Assembly (NCBI GenBank): GCA_002633005.1 | Contig: NMRA01000055.1 | Span: 576,360 to 640,359, forward strand | Direction of reading: 5' to 3' | Length of the DNA stretch: 64,000 nt | DNA from: Phoronis australis | Lineage: Eukaryota; Animalia; Phoronida | Shown here: positions 21,443-35,400 of the stretch, piece after piece | Position numbering within the stretch: position 1 is the stretch's first letter | Layout: each line of letters begins with the position of its first letter | Position numbers and translations under genes: made by a program | Notes under the pieces: generated by a model | What the model was told of the DNA's origin: nothing | The model's input: only the letters and a program-made list of their open reading frames with translations | Database searches by the model: none

Positions 21443-24400
21443 TTGGTGCAAACAGGGCTTGAAATTGGCAACAGTTTCGAAGAGCCACCATGAGGCTGTG
21501 TAAGCGACTTCTTGCGGGAACCAGAAGGTTTTGGAATGATGTTGACAGTTAAAAGTTTCTTAATTTATTTTGATTTTTTGAGACTGTGCGTTGTGGTGTA
21601 GTACTGTGGATATTGTTGCAATGCAATTTAGAGAATCGTATTCTTTCTCTTGTTTGTTATAGCGCCGTTTCATACCAACTTTTTTTAATACATTTGTCGA
21701 CTTAATCTCGATACTAGAAGAGTGTCGATGTAAAAGGTGAAGTTACCTTTCAGACTGGCTTCAGTAGTCATCAGGCACTTAAGTTATCGCAGTTTGATGC
21801 GTTGGTCATAGACGTTATCACACAATGGTGCTCTGAAAATGTTATGTAATTTAAGGTATTTTTTTTCAAATTTGATGTATTGCGTATGTGGTCGGATTAT
21901 AAAACATAAAATGAAGTGCTTATTCTCTGGTAGGACACTGTCGTTACTCACTGTCATGCCTGCTGATTACACCAGTGACAGGAAAGTTAACATACTGCAT
22001 CGAAGCATCGACGCTTTGCTGTTAAATCCATCTGTTTACTCAAAAATTACATTGTGCGATCTAGGATCGAAGTTAATCGTTCATCCAGACTGATGCTCCC
22101 GTAGTATTGACATGTCGACATTGGTATGAAATGCCATTAAAACAACCTCATCTTGCGTGAAGTTTAACATAAACAACAACTAGTCGTGGTTCTTTCATTT
22201 GAATGTACTTTCTTTTGCTTTGAGTTTGCCGTTTGCTAATTCAGGAGTTGGGTGGATTAAAAATTTTTGATTAATCCCGTTTTCGGTCATTGTCCATGCT
22301 GTATAAATGAGGGACATTTTTAAAATCCGTTTTCTTAGCGACATTATGGTACGTGATTCGGTTGCTCGGAGTTCATTTCTGCGTTCAGAATACATTATGA
22401 ATTAACTGTTCAATATAGACATATGTTTGTAGATAGTTTGTAGGTTCTGGTCTGTGGTTGACATGGTTTCTGGTTCCCTTCAGAAGTTGTTTCCAGTGCC
22501 TGCTTACGTAGAGTTTCAATTTCCTCTATGGTGACGCCAATCTATTTGAGTCTCTGTTTGTAGTTAACAAGAGGTTCTTGTTTGGACTAGATTTCATAAT
22601 TCAGTGTGTGCACAACTGAAACTAGTGGGGTGTCTTGGTAAGAAATCGTCTGCTGTTGATTAAAATGTGTTTAGAGCTCAAGGGGACGTAATCCATTTTT
22701 CGCCTGAAAATGCGTTTTGAGGATTATTGTTGACTTATTGAAGTCGTTAGCTTTGACTATTAAAATCCGTTGTGTTTTGGGGTTTTATTACAAATTCCCA
22801 ATTCTTGCTGTTGTCTGTAAGACATCCGCTGAAATCAGTGCCGTTGACTTTTCGCTTGAAATATGGCTACCATTTATTGAGTAGGAATTATTACCACATT
22901 AAACTGTAACCGCTACGGTTGCAGGTTCGTATCCGCGCTGAGGTTGGTCACATTTTTTCACGGACAATGTCCCTTTAATAGTTTTTCACACAAATTTGTT
23001 TTATAACCCAAGATCACGCCACCTTTGGAGAAGGAAGTGACAGACATTGATGATGTTTCTTCTGTGTTTGTTGATATTGTAATTTGTGCACAGAACGGAT
23101 TTTATTAGATATTTATGGAGGAAAGATGTGACCTATAGTCATCTCGAATACTCTGTGTCAGAATTTGATGAATTTTTAATTTGTGCACAGCAGCAACACA
23201 CCAATTTACTTGTTGTTATCTTGCGATCAATATGTTATCTCCACTGTGTTGTTCTTAATGTTTGTTTCTAGTTGTGTTGATTTTGTTTGGGCAAAAATTC
23301 GAATGATTTTAAAGTGCCTTCTGTGGACACTCTGAGTTAGTTACAGGAAATGGAAGTTAATGGTCTCTGAAATTTTGGAAAGTTTAATAACGAAATTGGC
23401 CTTTTCACAATTCAGACTTGAAGATTTGCATGGTCATTTAAGGTGCGATCTATCAACACTCTGACAGTATTACAAACTGAATTGAAAGTTAATGTCAGAA
23501 TATTGGAAAAACTTTGATATGGCAAGTAGTCTTTGCACAAATCAGATTTTTGTCCAAAATGGAATAGACTTTTCCCTAAATTAAGGATTTTTGCAGCAGC
23601 TCAGTTTGTTCCTTTGGTTTTTACACGTCTTCGAATGGTTGTTACTGTAAAATCCTTCACTTTTGGGAACCCTATAATGGCAAACAAAAGAATCTTATTT
23701 CATCTTGTCAAATTTTGGAACAAAAAGTTAATTGTTTGTGGTGTTGCTTTACTACTTATTATATGTACTAATGAAGCGACACCTAGTGGCATTGTAGTAA
23801 ACCTTTGAAAAATAGGCAAATGTCAATTTTTGCTTCAAATTGGAGATTTTTCATCGTAAATGCCATGGCAGTAATTGTGTTTGAAAAGGGTTCGTACACA
23901 TTGGGTTGAACAATGTGGTATGTAATGAACTGATCGACCTCCGCAACACTGCCCCCTATAGGTGACCTGTCTCCCATAGTGTCCATGGAATGCACTGCTT
24001 TACATGCTTGTAATCCTGCAGGTTTTACCCTCTGTTAAAAACAAAGTATACAGAGGGAGCCCGCTGTAGACTGCTTGTGAATGTAAAGTATATTACTGTC
24101 AATGCAACACAATATCTGTGATAGAGTTATGTTTATTTAGTTGTTGAGGTCGCACTGGATTTGAATAGCACTTGTTTCCTGTAGCAAGGCTTCGTTCCCA
24201 AGGAACATTTTAACAGGAGTTGCTTCAGTACTGAACTGTAGGATCATGCAGTAGTTTTCAGAAGAAATTGACAAAACTATTTTTCTCGGAGAAAGTGATA
24301 AACTACTTGAGTTTGTAGAGTGTCGTTGCAAGCTTCCAGTTTTCTTATTCTGTTTTGGACGCAGTTCTGTGTTCAGTGTCCAAGCTGTCTGAGTTTTGTC

Positions 24401-25840
24401 AACTTTTCTTTATATTCAGAAAAGTTAGTGGACCAATTTTTACCACCTTACTCTCGGATTCTGTTCTAAAACCATGGAAACAAAAAAATCACCTTTTTTT
24501 AAAACTACTGTGTAGCATGATGCGTTATGACTTCGGTGAGACAACTTGAAGGAAAATGGCGCTTCAAAGTATCTAGGATATTACTCCAATTCTAGTCTCC
24601 ATGAAAGTTAGTGAGCTGTTAATTGAAATCATATTTGCAGTCATCGTTGTTGTGTCAATTGTATGTCATAATTGGTCAATACATTAAGCGCTGTCAGTGC
24701 TTTATACACGTAACAGTCCCAGCCTGAATTAAACTTTCCTTTTTGTGGTGTTAGAAAAGTGTGTCACATGATTGGCCCAGTTGCTGAAATGTCAGGTACA
24801 ACCACTGCCCAGTGTATAATGCAAAGGGCATCTCATTGCTCATTTAGTAAGTTTTGTCTGATCAAATTTCTCATTGCCTGTCGTGCATGGGGTGAAATCT
24901 CACCAAGTTAGAACAAATATGGTAGATAGGTTAAATTTTATTTTATTATTTTTCATTAATGGCACATAGTAACTACATAATGCCATGTTCAAAATCTGCA
25001 CTATAGCTATCAACGGGCAATGTTTTGATGTGGGCATTCATAAAATGGTAGCTTTTGAAAAAAATCAAAAAGTTTAATTTTGGCTAATATTTTTGTCCAA
25101 CATTGGTGAGATATTTCCATAACACTATCCAGCGGTATAGCTTAGTTGGCTTTAGAACAGCGAATGACATTTAATTATTGCTTTGATGAGCAGTTGCTTG
25201 ATAACGTCTACTGCATTGTGGGTCTTGTGGGAACTTGCCACAAAAATTGAATGGCGCTGTGGTATTTTTGGATGGGGCTGTTGTTGCACGTGCATTTTGG
25301 TACTTTTACGATTCACTCTTCCATTATAAGGTTCAGCTTAGGATTTAATTATCCACTTCATTCCGAGAGATGTGCCGTTCATTGTTAAGTTAAATGTGAA
25401 ATCCCTAGTTAAGGATTGCTCCACTGTTTAACAGACATTGCACTACATAGTAGTGTGATTATAGTTGTCACTTGGCTTCAGCCATCTTTGTGTGAGGACG
25501 TTGTGATTGATAATCTGAGAATCTGAAAATTTAGCAATAAGGATGTTGCCTAATGAACACAATGAATTTATCGCCGGAATGTGTATTACATAGACTACGT
25601 TGCTTACAGCTGAGGCCTCACAGTATAAAATCAGTGGACATCTCAATCTGACCACTGGAGATTCGATTTTCCTGCCCCTTGTACATATAATTTTCCCAAG
25701 AATCGAGATAATTGGTTCTGTGATTGTGTGTAATCTTGTGATGCAGTGACTGCCTTTAGTTCAGTTTTGGCATGTTTTAATTTGAAATTTGAAGTTCTTG
25801 CTTTGCTGTTCAGTTATGCAAATTTGTTGTGGAATGCCAG

Positions 25841-26121
25841 TGTTTGTTTCATGAAAAGTGATTTAAGACTACGGAAAGTCATGAGTTTGGTCTTGTGCTC
25901 CAACACAACTATTTCTGAAAAATAATCAAATCTCACTTGAGCAAAAATGTAAAGTCTCTGACAACATGCACATAACTGTTACTTACTGAGATAATTTGTA
26001 TAAAGTATTTCTAGACTGTGATGGGCTCATTATTACTTGACTAAACCTTTAATACGCAATTGCGAAGTGGCAGTGTTAGACCAAATTTCCGTCTTGAGTC
26101 ACTTTTCATGAAACGGGCCCC
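25841..26121. mobile_element. MITE with GTTTCATGAAAAGTGA inverted ends
   Basis: Left end GTTTCATGAAAAGTGATTTAAGAC is the reverse complement of right end GTCTTGAGTCACTTTTCATGAAAC; similar ends near 7890-8180. Confidence 0.55.
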
Positions 26122-26632
26122 AGGTTTAAAAATGGCACTTTTGCTAATATGTTGGTGCTGGAATATTTGTGTCGTTAAGATGTCACCTGCCCTTTGCTTT
26201 AATTTTAGAGCACAACCTGGCATAATCATGAAATTGCTGTATGCAGGTCTTTGAACCTTGGTAATGTTCTGTAATGAGCGAGTTATTGTGTCATGTAATT
26301 TGCTTTGAACATGACTTCCCTCATCACTTGTGATGTCAGTTCAGTGGAAGATGTGGATGTATTGAATACACTAGTTACATTAAAGTCTAACCAATTTAGG
26401 ACACAACATGGCGGACAAGTAAAATTTATTTCGTTTTTTCAAAAATGACCTACAGTACCAGAATGATGCCTTACTATATAGCTACCAACGGAAAATGTTT
26501 TGAAAACTTGCAATCGTTCACGTCATAAGCCCTCGAAAAATGAAAGGGGTGTAATTATTTTTGTCCAAAATTGGCGAGCTTTTACTGTGGATATTGATAT
26601 GAAGAATTTGATGATGAGAAAAGCTGGCTACA

Positions 26633-26794
26633 CAGTGGCGGATTTAGGGGGGTGCAAGGGGGCCATGCCCCTCCCCCCCAAATTCTCGCAGATTGCATTT
26701 GGCAGTTCGAGGTGCGAATGTCTTGACAGGCAAAATTCTGGCTAATACTGTACCCTGCCCTCCCCCCCAACTCAAAATCCTGGATATGTCCCTG
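26633..26794. mobile_element. Short hAT-like MITE remnant
   Basis: CAGTGGCGGATTTAGGGGG ... AAAATCCTGGATATGTCCCTG imperfect termini; no clear target duplication. Confidence 0.45.
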
Positions 26795-27973
26795 TTACAG
26801 CCCTGGTATGACATTGACTGAATAGGCATTCATTTGCTGCGGTAGTGGTTATCACCATACCATATGGAATGTCAGTCCACTTAAGAAAGTGAGATCTCAA
26901 GTGGCTGGTAATTAAATAAGAAAATCTTCTATCAAATTTTTCATTTTTGCCTTTTAGACAGTGGTGCGCTCATTCTGTTTACAAACAGAATAACATCAGA
27001 GTTTGGATTAGGTTGTTAAAATGTATTAGCCATGCTGATTGTACGTGATTGAATGTGAAGGAATTATTTTGTAGAGTGACATCTAAATCAAGTGATGTTC
27101 CAACACGATGTAAATAATTTAGGATTGCAGAGGTCATTACCCTTAGTTAAGTACCCTTAGCAGCTAGACCGGTTTGTTGTGATGCTTGTTTGGAATGGTT
27201 TGCCTTTTGTTCAATAGGTGTCAGGCACACCATTTCCAGGTGGACATTCCTTTTATAGTTTTCAAACTGCACTCAATTAAACCGACTATGGAAAGAAGTT
27301 AAAGAAATTAGATTCTGGATTGTATTTTATAAAACGCCGATTTCATCCATCATTCCTACAAGAAATGTTTGATGAAGTAAATTTAATAATTTCACTTTCG
27401 TTCCAATCGACTGTTATCTATCATAATGTTTGTCCATGTTGTTATAATTTATTTCAGCTGGCTGTAATTCTAAACATGTAAACAATGTGCAATTGAGAAA
27501 TATAATATGCCTACATATCCGAATGTCTTTTATTTTTCAAACTATATCATCACACCCATGAATTCAGTGCCAACAAAACAATTCACTGTTTAAATTAACA
27601 TTCAGCAGATAGGCAAGTACACTATTGAATAATGAAAAGTACATTTGAACACAGTGGGAGTCCATCTTTGCTGAATAATTTATTAATTCACTCCTACACG
27701 ATTATGTAAACATTGTGTATTCAGTAAGTGTTACAACCAGTGTAAGTATTGTGCAACACGAAGACATGGAGTATCACAAAAGTTTAGCTCAACTCCCGAC
27801 ACTATACGGCCCCTATCACAAATTCTGCAGGTGCATTCCCACTAGGCGAACTTTGGTTTAAAGTTATCCCCATTAAATGGACTGAGTTTGGCTTTGAGAC
27901 ATGGCCCACAAACAGAAATATGACATGAGAATGACAAATTGAAATGTACTTAAATAAAGGGACTCTTCAATAA

Positions 27974-28546
27974 GGGCTGTTCCAGTAAAATCTGTATGGG
28001 AGGGGGGGAAGGCACCTTTTTTTCGCACCCACCACCCATATTTTTCATTTATTTCTTCACCCTGCCACCCGTAATTTTTTATAAGTTTGAAATGCAACCA
28101 CCCGTAATTTTTTTTGTTCTTGTGGTTGACAGCACAGGCGCTTGAGTTTATCTGTTCCTCCATTACCACTAACGTCATTCATTACTAAGAAAACATATGT
28201 TTCTTATATATGGTGATTACCCATCGAGAAATTCGAGCACCTGTGGTTAAATGGTGTTAAGGGCATGCCAATGAGGAGATCGGAGGGAGTGAAAAAGTCG
28301 GAGCTTTTTGCAAGTTGCAATTTTGTTTCAGTTTTTGATTCTGTGCGGATTGTTTATAAAATTTACTAATAAAATTACCCACCATCAAACATTTATGGCC
28401 CAATGAAACAACAACGACCTGTAAATTATTATTTTTTTTGAAGTACGACCACCAGCCATTTTGAATTTAAATCAAACGCAACCACCCATAAATTTTTATT
28501 TCAGTTGCCTTCCCCCCCTCCCACACAGATTTTGCTGGAACAGCCC
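27974..28546. mobile_element. PIF/Harbinger-type MITE
   Basis: 41-bp TIR GGGCTGTTCCAGTAAAATCTGTATGGGAGGGGGGGAAGGCA (2 mismatches) flanked by TAA on both sides. Confidence 0.8.
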
Positions 28547-29149
28547 TAACATGTTTTGTGGGATATCTTGTTGATTCTAGTGCAATCCTATATCGTTGCG
28601 GCAATCTCTACCGATAACTTCGTCGAAGTTTCGGTGAGTACTGAAGCTTACCGGAGTTAACGTTTGCCACTTACCGAAACTGTTAAAAGCAAAGCTTCGC
28701 CTCTATTTAGAAAGCACTGTGAGAGCGTCCAATCATTTTGATGAAATAAGCAAACACTTAACTTCAACCAAGAACATGCCTCTAATGTAACACCTGTCTA
28801 ATGGGGTATATACTCGAATTCCCCATTTTCAAGATCGTTCTGAAAACTGTGTTGGCGTGATAAGCCACTAACCATATTGCTCTGTGGAAAGTATTTCCTG
28901 CAGTCAGACACTGTTCCAAAACAGTTGGCTTGATAAGGGCTACAGTTAATGTAGTTGATATAGCTTGTGCCCATCATTAGAGAGCAATCTTACATAACCG
29001 GATTGGAGAGACAACTGTCTCGCGCACATTTTAAGTTTCAATATTTTGCCTAATACAAATAATGATAACCCAAGAAAATTCAATATATAAAGATCATAGG
29101 AAGAAAATACTGTACACCAGTGAACTGTTGCTAAACAACATACATTTGG

Positions 29150-29419
29150 TCACCTTTTCTTCTTGCTTGGCCCCCCTTTGCCTTTCCATTTGCTACCACC
29201 TTTCCCCTTAGCCCCACCCTTGTCTGACACCCCGTCCTCAGCCACGCCCTTTTCACTCCTATGCAGGAACGTCCAGAGTAGCTTGGCATTCATTGTGTTG
29301 TCCAGTATCTCGGCCAGTCTTTCTTCGGACAATGCGGCCAGGGTAACCAGGGAGTCTACTCTGTTCATGACCAGATGAATGTTCTTAGTGTTTATGCCCG
29401 GCATCTTGAGTAGGATGTT
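29150..29419 (-). CDS. ERCC4: ERCC4 coding exon 21 (HhH2 plus basic tail)
   Basis: [13 protein letters not shown]...[10 protein letters not shown]...PSKKKR*. Confidence 0.95.
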   Translation of the reverse strand, partial: NILLKMPGINTKNIHLVMNRVDSLVTLAALSEERLAEILDNTMNAKLLWTFLHRSEKGVAEDGVSDKGGAKGKGGSKWKGKGGPSKKKR

Positions 29420-32400
29420 CTGGAACGGCAATCACACATGTCAAATGAAGCTAATGTGTAATCAGAATGAAGTTTCACTATTGGATATTTTGGAACTGTA
29501 AATAAATTACTCAGGTGATAGTTACAATACAACATAATGACAGACATAAATTACAAGAAAAATGCAAACCATTAAAATGTGCCCATGAGAGCACTACAAA
29601 TGATATGCTTCTACGGGTGTTTACTAGTATCATAAAACAACCACTAGATGGCGCAGAAAACTGTTCTCATCCAAAGGCTTTGTCATCTCGTAAACCTAAA
29701 AAAATTAAATTGCCACTACGAGGCAAATTGGTAGTCGCATCGGTACAAAACAAGGCGCAATCTGCTTTCAAGCTCTTAGTAATACACTTGCCAAATTTCA
29801 AAAAGCTCCTCCGAAGAGTTGGGATACAGCCTTGGATGGAAAAAAAAATTGTCACGAGACGGCACCATAGTAATCTGACCTGTCCGAAAACCAATGTGAG
29901 CTATGATCTTTCTGCCTTTTCAGTCAATTTTTTAAAAAGATTAAGTTTGGTGCCATTCAACTTTTCTGGCCATTTTGTGGTGCAAAAACAGAAATTAAAA
30001 AATTCTGTAATTACGATTTCTTTGAAACAAACTTGAAGTCACAATGAACAACCACCAATTTAGAATAAGTACATGCTAAATTCAAATTTGCACAACATTT
30101 TTCATTTACAAAGTTTTCCCTAAAATAAAGTAGAGAGATGAATATCTCAATGTTTTGCCAAAGAAGGTGAGAATTGCAAAAGTTGCACCTACCCTCGGCC
30201 CATGGTTGTATTTCTCCGACTCCAAGGATTCTGTCTCTGAAGTAATCTTCATCGCTTCTTCAACATCCGGCTGCGGTCGTCCACGCTAAGATAATTACAG
30301 TGCATATATATAGCACATCTGCCACATTGCTGAGTTTAAATGGGTCACTGTACTTCAACAATTACAGCATTAGTTGAATTTTGCATCACTGACAAACTGA
30401 ATATTTCTGCAAGGGTATTAATCAAAGGTAGATGGAATGCTGCTTAGGTGATATCACTAATACCTTGGGACACCCCATTTCCCACAATGGCAAGTGTTGA
30501 ATGTTTTGATAATTTTATGACGGTCTCAAAAACTTTAAAAAAGTTTTAAATTACATTTCTCATTTTCATTAATGTGGTCAGAATAGAGCTTCCTAATATT
30601 CACACTGTATTCACTACTGCTCTACCATGGCATAATGCAAGATCTTTATTATTATATCACTTGACAAGTAAGCTCAAAACTTATAACAAGAGTCTAATAC
30701 AGTGGACCCCGCAGTTTCACTGTAAATAACTGGGATAGTCCATTAAGCGGGTTCCTAATTCAGTTGGTGGCAACTGTAACCACTTTTATAAGATGATCAT
30801 GCAAAGAGAAGAGAAAGACAACAGGAAACAACTGAATCATTAAGTTTATCCTGTGCACTGAGTTCTGATTAAGTGAATTGGGTTGGTTTTTAGACAGAAA
30901 AGCGAAGATTCCTAATGCTGATAAGTGGGTGAGAATCAATTTTGCTGATTTTTAATTCCAATATTGAGGAATATGACAATGTCAAGAATATAGAGTTATT
31001 TTACATGGGTTTGATGGGAAATGATTCGTTTTATGACATAACGATAACTGGAATATTCTATTCACGGTATCACATTAAGTGGGCTCCACATAACTAACAA
31101 AATGATTATAAAGAAAAATAAAATTATTCCTTTATTTGAAGAAAAGGTGTGATCAATGTACATATTTAATTTGCCCAAGGCAAGATATCTCGCATGTTGT
31201 TTGTTAAGAAGGCCTAATCTTACTTTGTGAAAATATGACTTTGCTGGTTACCTTCAGTTCCTCGAATAGTTCTGCGGTGGCATACGGACTCTGACACCAG
31301 AGCACACGGAGCCGGGGGAAGTGAAGGGTCAACAGAGTCAGCCTGGAGGTCGTGTCCTGGATGGAGATCTCACTGGACAGCTGGTACTTGCCCTGGACGA
31401 TGGGAGATAAACCGTGAGCATGCTCAATGAGAGGTGAAGGGTCAACAGGGTCAACCTAAGAGGTCATGTCTTGGATCGTTATCACACTCTTACCGTAGAC
31501 AAAGAGATACGAATGGAGAGCATGCTCAACAGGAAGTGAAGGGTGAAGAAAGTCAGCCTAGAGGTCGTGTCCTAGATGGATCTTTCAGTGAGGCTAGTTG
31601 GAACTTGCTCCAGATACTGCGACAATGGTGTCAGAGAGCACGGTCAACAGGGAGTGAAAGGTCAATAGGGTCAACTCAGAGGTAATGTGTCTCGGACGGA
31701 TATCTCAGTCAACAGTTGAAACTTGCTCTAGATAATGGGAGATAGACAGCGAGCATGCTCAACAGGAAGTGAAAGGTCAATTGGTTCAGTCTTATGGGAT
31801 AATAATGGGATACGAACAGAGAGCATGCTCAACAGGAAGTGAAAGGTCAATTGGTTCAGTCTTATGGGATAATAATGGGATACAAACAGAGAGCATGCTC
31901 AACAGGAAGTGAAAGGTCAATTGGTTCAGTCTAGTGGGATAATAATGGGATACGAACAGAGAGCATGCCGCATGCTCTCTGAACCTGTTGACCTTTCACT
32001 TCCTGTTGAGCATGATGCTCAACAGGAAGTGAAAGGTCAACAGGTTCAGTCTAGTGGGATAATAATGGGATACGAACAGAGAGCATGCTCAACAGGAAGT
32101 GAAAGGTCAACAGGTTCACTCTAGTGGGATAATAATGGGATACGAACAGAGAGCATGGTTAAAGGCAATAACTGAATGTTACTGAAAGTCATTCTATGTT
32201 GAACATGTGACAGACCAAGTATAGAACGAAGGATATGCCACAACAAAAATAATTACAGAATCATCAGATTAATAATCCTAAAAGATTAGGGCATCAACTT
32301 CATAAAGACACAGTTTGTTGAATGCACAGAACTTTTCATACAGTTATTTGCATCTGTAAAAATTAATTTTAACAATAAACAATCTCCATTCTGCGGATCG

Positions 32401-35400
32401 TCAAGATTCTCACATCTTTAGGTTAGTATTAAGTGGACATATGACTACAGCTGCTGTATTCTCGATGGATAGTTTTCTTAACTTACAGTTCTAGAAAAAT
32501 GGCAACTATTAAATTTGCTTCAAAGCAATACTTTTTGTCCCAAATTGAAGATTTTTTACTGTTTACTTTCGTTTTTACTCACCTGTAAGCTGAATGGTTT
32601 GTTTGGATCGAACTCAATGAGAAGTACAGGTCTCTTGTAATACCGGTTCATGGATACACACTGATTATAGAGACGCCCACTGTTCAGGGAGCCAATCAGA
32701 TCGCTAACGCTCTTTCGCTCGACGCAGATGTCAGGCGTCAGGATGTAGTCGCCCACCTCTATGGTGACGGGTTCGATGTCAATACCACGGCGATGGAGGA
32801 GAGAGGGCAACTCACTACGGAACTCACGCATGTCCACGATAACCTGGAAATGGGTAAAATGAAAAATTGAGTGTGACAACTGACCATAGATGGAGCTGTC
32901 TGCATGTGGCTTCAAAAACTGAATGGAGCCACTTTGCATGTGACTTTAACATTTGGTTTTGTGTTCAAGATGGAGTGTTTACTAGTTATTGTTATAAATT
33001 TTCTTAACGATGTGACAGTGTAAATAGACAAAAGGTCGGTGTAAACAGACCAAGAGATTTTAATAATAGTTGTAACATGCCACCATCTCAGAGCAGTTTT
33101 AGAAAGTCAATTTTGCAGACGGTTGTATATCATGGGTGTCGTTCACATACAACAAGCCTTTTGAAATTGATTGGTTGAATTACAAACTGTCTCCGCTAAC
33201 CTACGCTGAAGCTCAAAAACCTATAAAAATTCAACCAACAGTTCTTTTGCCCTACTTTTTGCCGTTCTTTGTCCGGTTTGTCCAGGCCTCCTTTACGCGT
33301 GTTCACCGTGGCGTTGGCAGGTTTGTCGCCACGTACAAGGCTGGGATCATCATCAAGTCGGCCCTCGCGCTCCTCCGGAATGACCATAGTCTATAGAAGA
33401 AGAGTGCTAAAACTGGACAACTTGATTGAGAAGTGACGTAATGTTAAACTTGCAGTACTTCAGACACCATTTAAACACTGACAACGCCATATGTTTCTCC
33501 ACCACTTGCGCACATTGAAAAAGTTTCAGTCCTTAAAATAAAATTCCGCAACATATTGAGTGCTAAATAATTAGTGAAAAACTATTGCAGCAGCTATTGG
33601 GCTAAAGAATCGTTGACCATCAATGAGAAAAATTAATACATTCAAGTCAGGCTTATATAACAAGCTCTGCAGGTTATGTCAAAATGATCGGTCTGTCTCG
33701 TTCCTAAACTCAGATAAAAAACAACTTGACAACTGGGACTGGAGCCTAAGGCTTTTGATGTGATATACCGGTTTCCCGGGGCTCTGAAGCAAAAACACAA
33801 CAATTTCTATGAAAAATGTGTGCAAAAGTTACCTGTCAGAGGAATTTTACTAAAATGAAGTTTGTAATCATTTCTTACTGCTTTTTCCTTGATTAGTTGT
33901 TCAAAAGCCTCTTTCTCCTGGCGGAGAGCAGTCAGATATTTCTGCTCTTCTGTCGACAAGGCGTATATCAGGAAGTAAACTCTGAGCGGAACACCAGGAT
34001 TTGATGCTTTATAAACCTGAAAACAACCGGAATGAGAGTCTCAAGTCACATTCTTTAAATTATGGCCAAATCCTGGCAATAAAAACGAGAAAGATATTTC
34101 AGCAAAATGGCAGTGAGTGACAGATGGCCAGAGACAGACAGTCAGTGAAAGAAGTGCATTTCACGGCTTTCATTATGAATCAAACACAAAGCATAGTACG
34201 TAAGACTTGGGACAAATCAGGAATCAGCTGGATCAAGATTTAATGTTAGTTAACTTGATATATCACCTCCAGTTGTCGGACAAAAGTGACGTCTCCGTCA
34301 TACATGATCACGTAACGGGGTTGGAAACTGTCCAGTGTGCTGGCAAGACCAGTAGGGTCGGAGCAGCCTCGAAGAGGGTGTATGACGGTGAACGGGGAGT
34401 CGATCACACCAAAGTACCCATCGGGTGATACGGTACTGTCTGGCACAGACTTGGGAACACAGTCCTGAAATTAAACCACAGAAATGACTTCAAAGTTTAA
34501 AAGAGCAAAACATCTCACAATTTTTTTAACTCGTAAACTTTTTCTAATCTGTTAGTGAACATCATTCTTTGTCAAAGTCAAACTTCGTAAAAGAATTTTG
34601 ATTGATTGTGAATTGGTTAACAAGTTGCGAGCATTTGTTACTTGGGGTGCAAAAGGGAGAGTAACCAATCACTTCAATTCGATAATCACTGAAACTTTTC
34701 TGCGTCATTCTCAGGCCCTTGGCTTTAACAAACATGATGAAAATCAATTAACTTTCTGTCTGTTGTAGGCACTTTAAAGTCAAGTTGGTGACTTCATCTA
34801 ATTAACCTGGTCAATATGTGAACTAAGGGGTAGTAATTGTTGACACTCAAGGTCTTCATTCAACCAGTGAAAGCGTCACTATGAATAAACTGCCAGAAAT
34901 GGGTGAATGCTGATCTATTTCCATTTTGTTTTCATTAAGCAAGTTCCGTTCTCAGTGCACGTAATACACTTTCATTAAACTTTCACACATTTGCCTGTCT
35001 GTGACATTTCTGTCAAAGTAACTGTTGCATTTTGCCCACTCAGCTGGCTGAAATACGAAAATCGAATTGGGCCTTTTACTCTCATAAAATTAGTCTCATA
35101 ACATTTCGCACTCTATTTCCATTAGCAACATAAACATTGAAACCATCAGCGACTCATCAACTACAAAATTGTGAATCAGAAAATGGCGTGCATATGAATT
35201 GTCTGTGACTTGAGTTGTAAACGAAATAGTGTTCTACTACCATAAGGTATGATACCGATATTATGAGTTAGGCACAATTTGATTTTCAAATTTAGCAAGC
35301 TAAACATGGCAAAATGCACCTTTAATTTCTTTTCATGTAAAACATGCATGTCTGAAATGACATGTACACTGTTTTAAGCACTGCTAGTTGTAAAAGGGGT

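Noticed and set aside
29515-30036. 173-aa + strand ORF in the last ERCC4 intron
   Set aside because: Non-ATG start, lies over a repeat element, no domain.
31400-32157. Repeat-spacer-like pattern or mutually exclusive exon cluster
   Set aside because: Intervening sequences are homologous to each other and to exon 19; the copies are frameshifted, truncated and lack donors.
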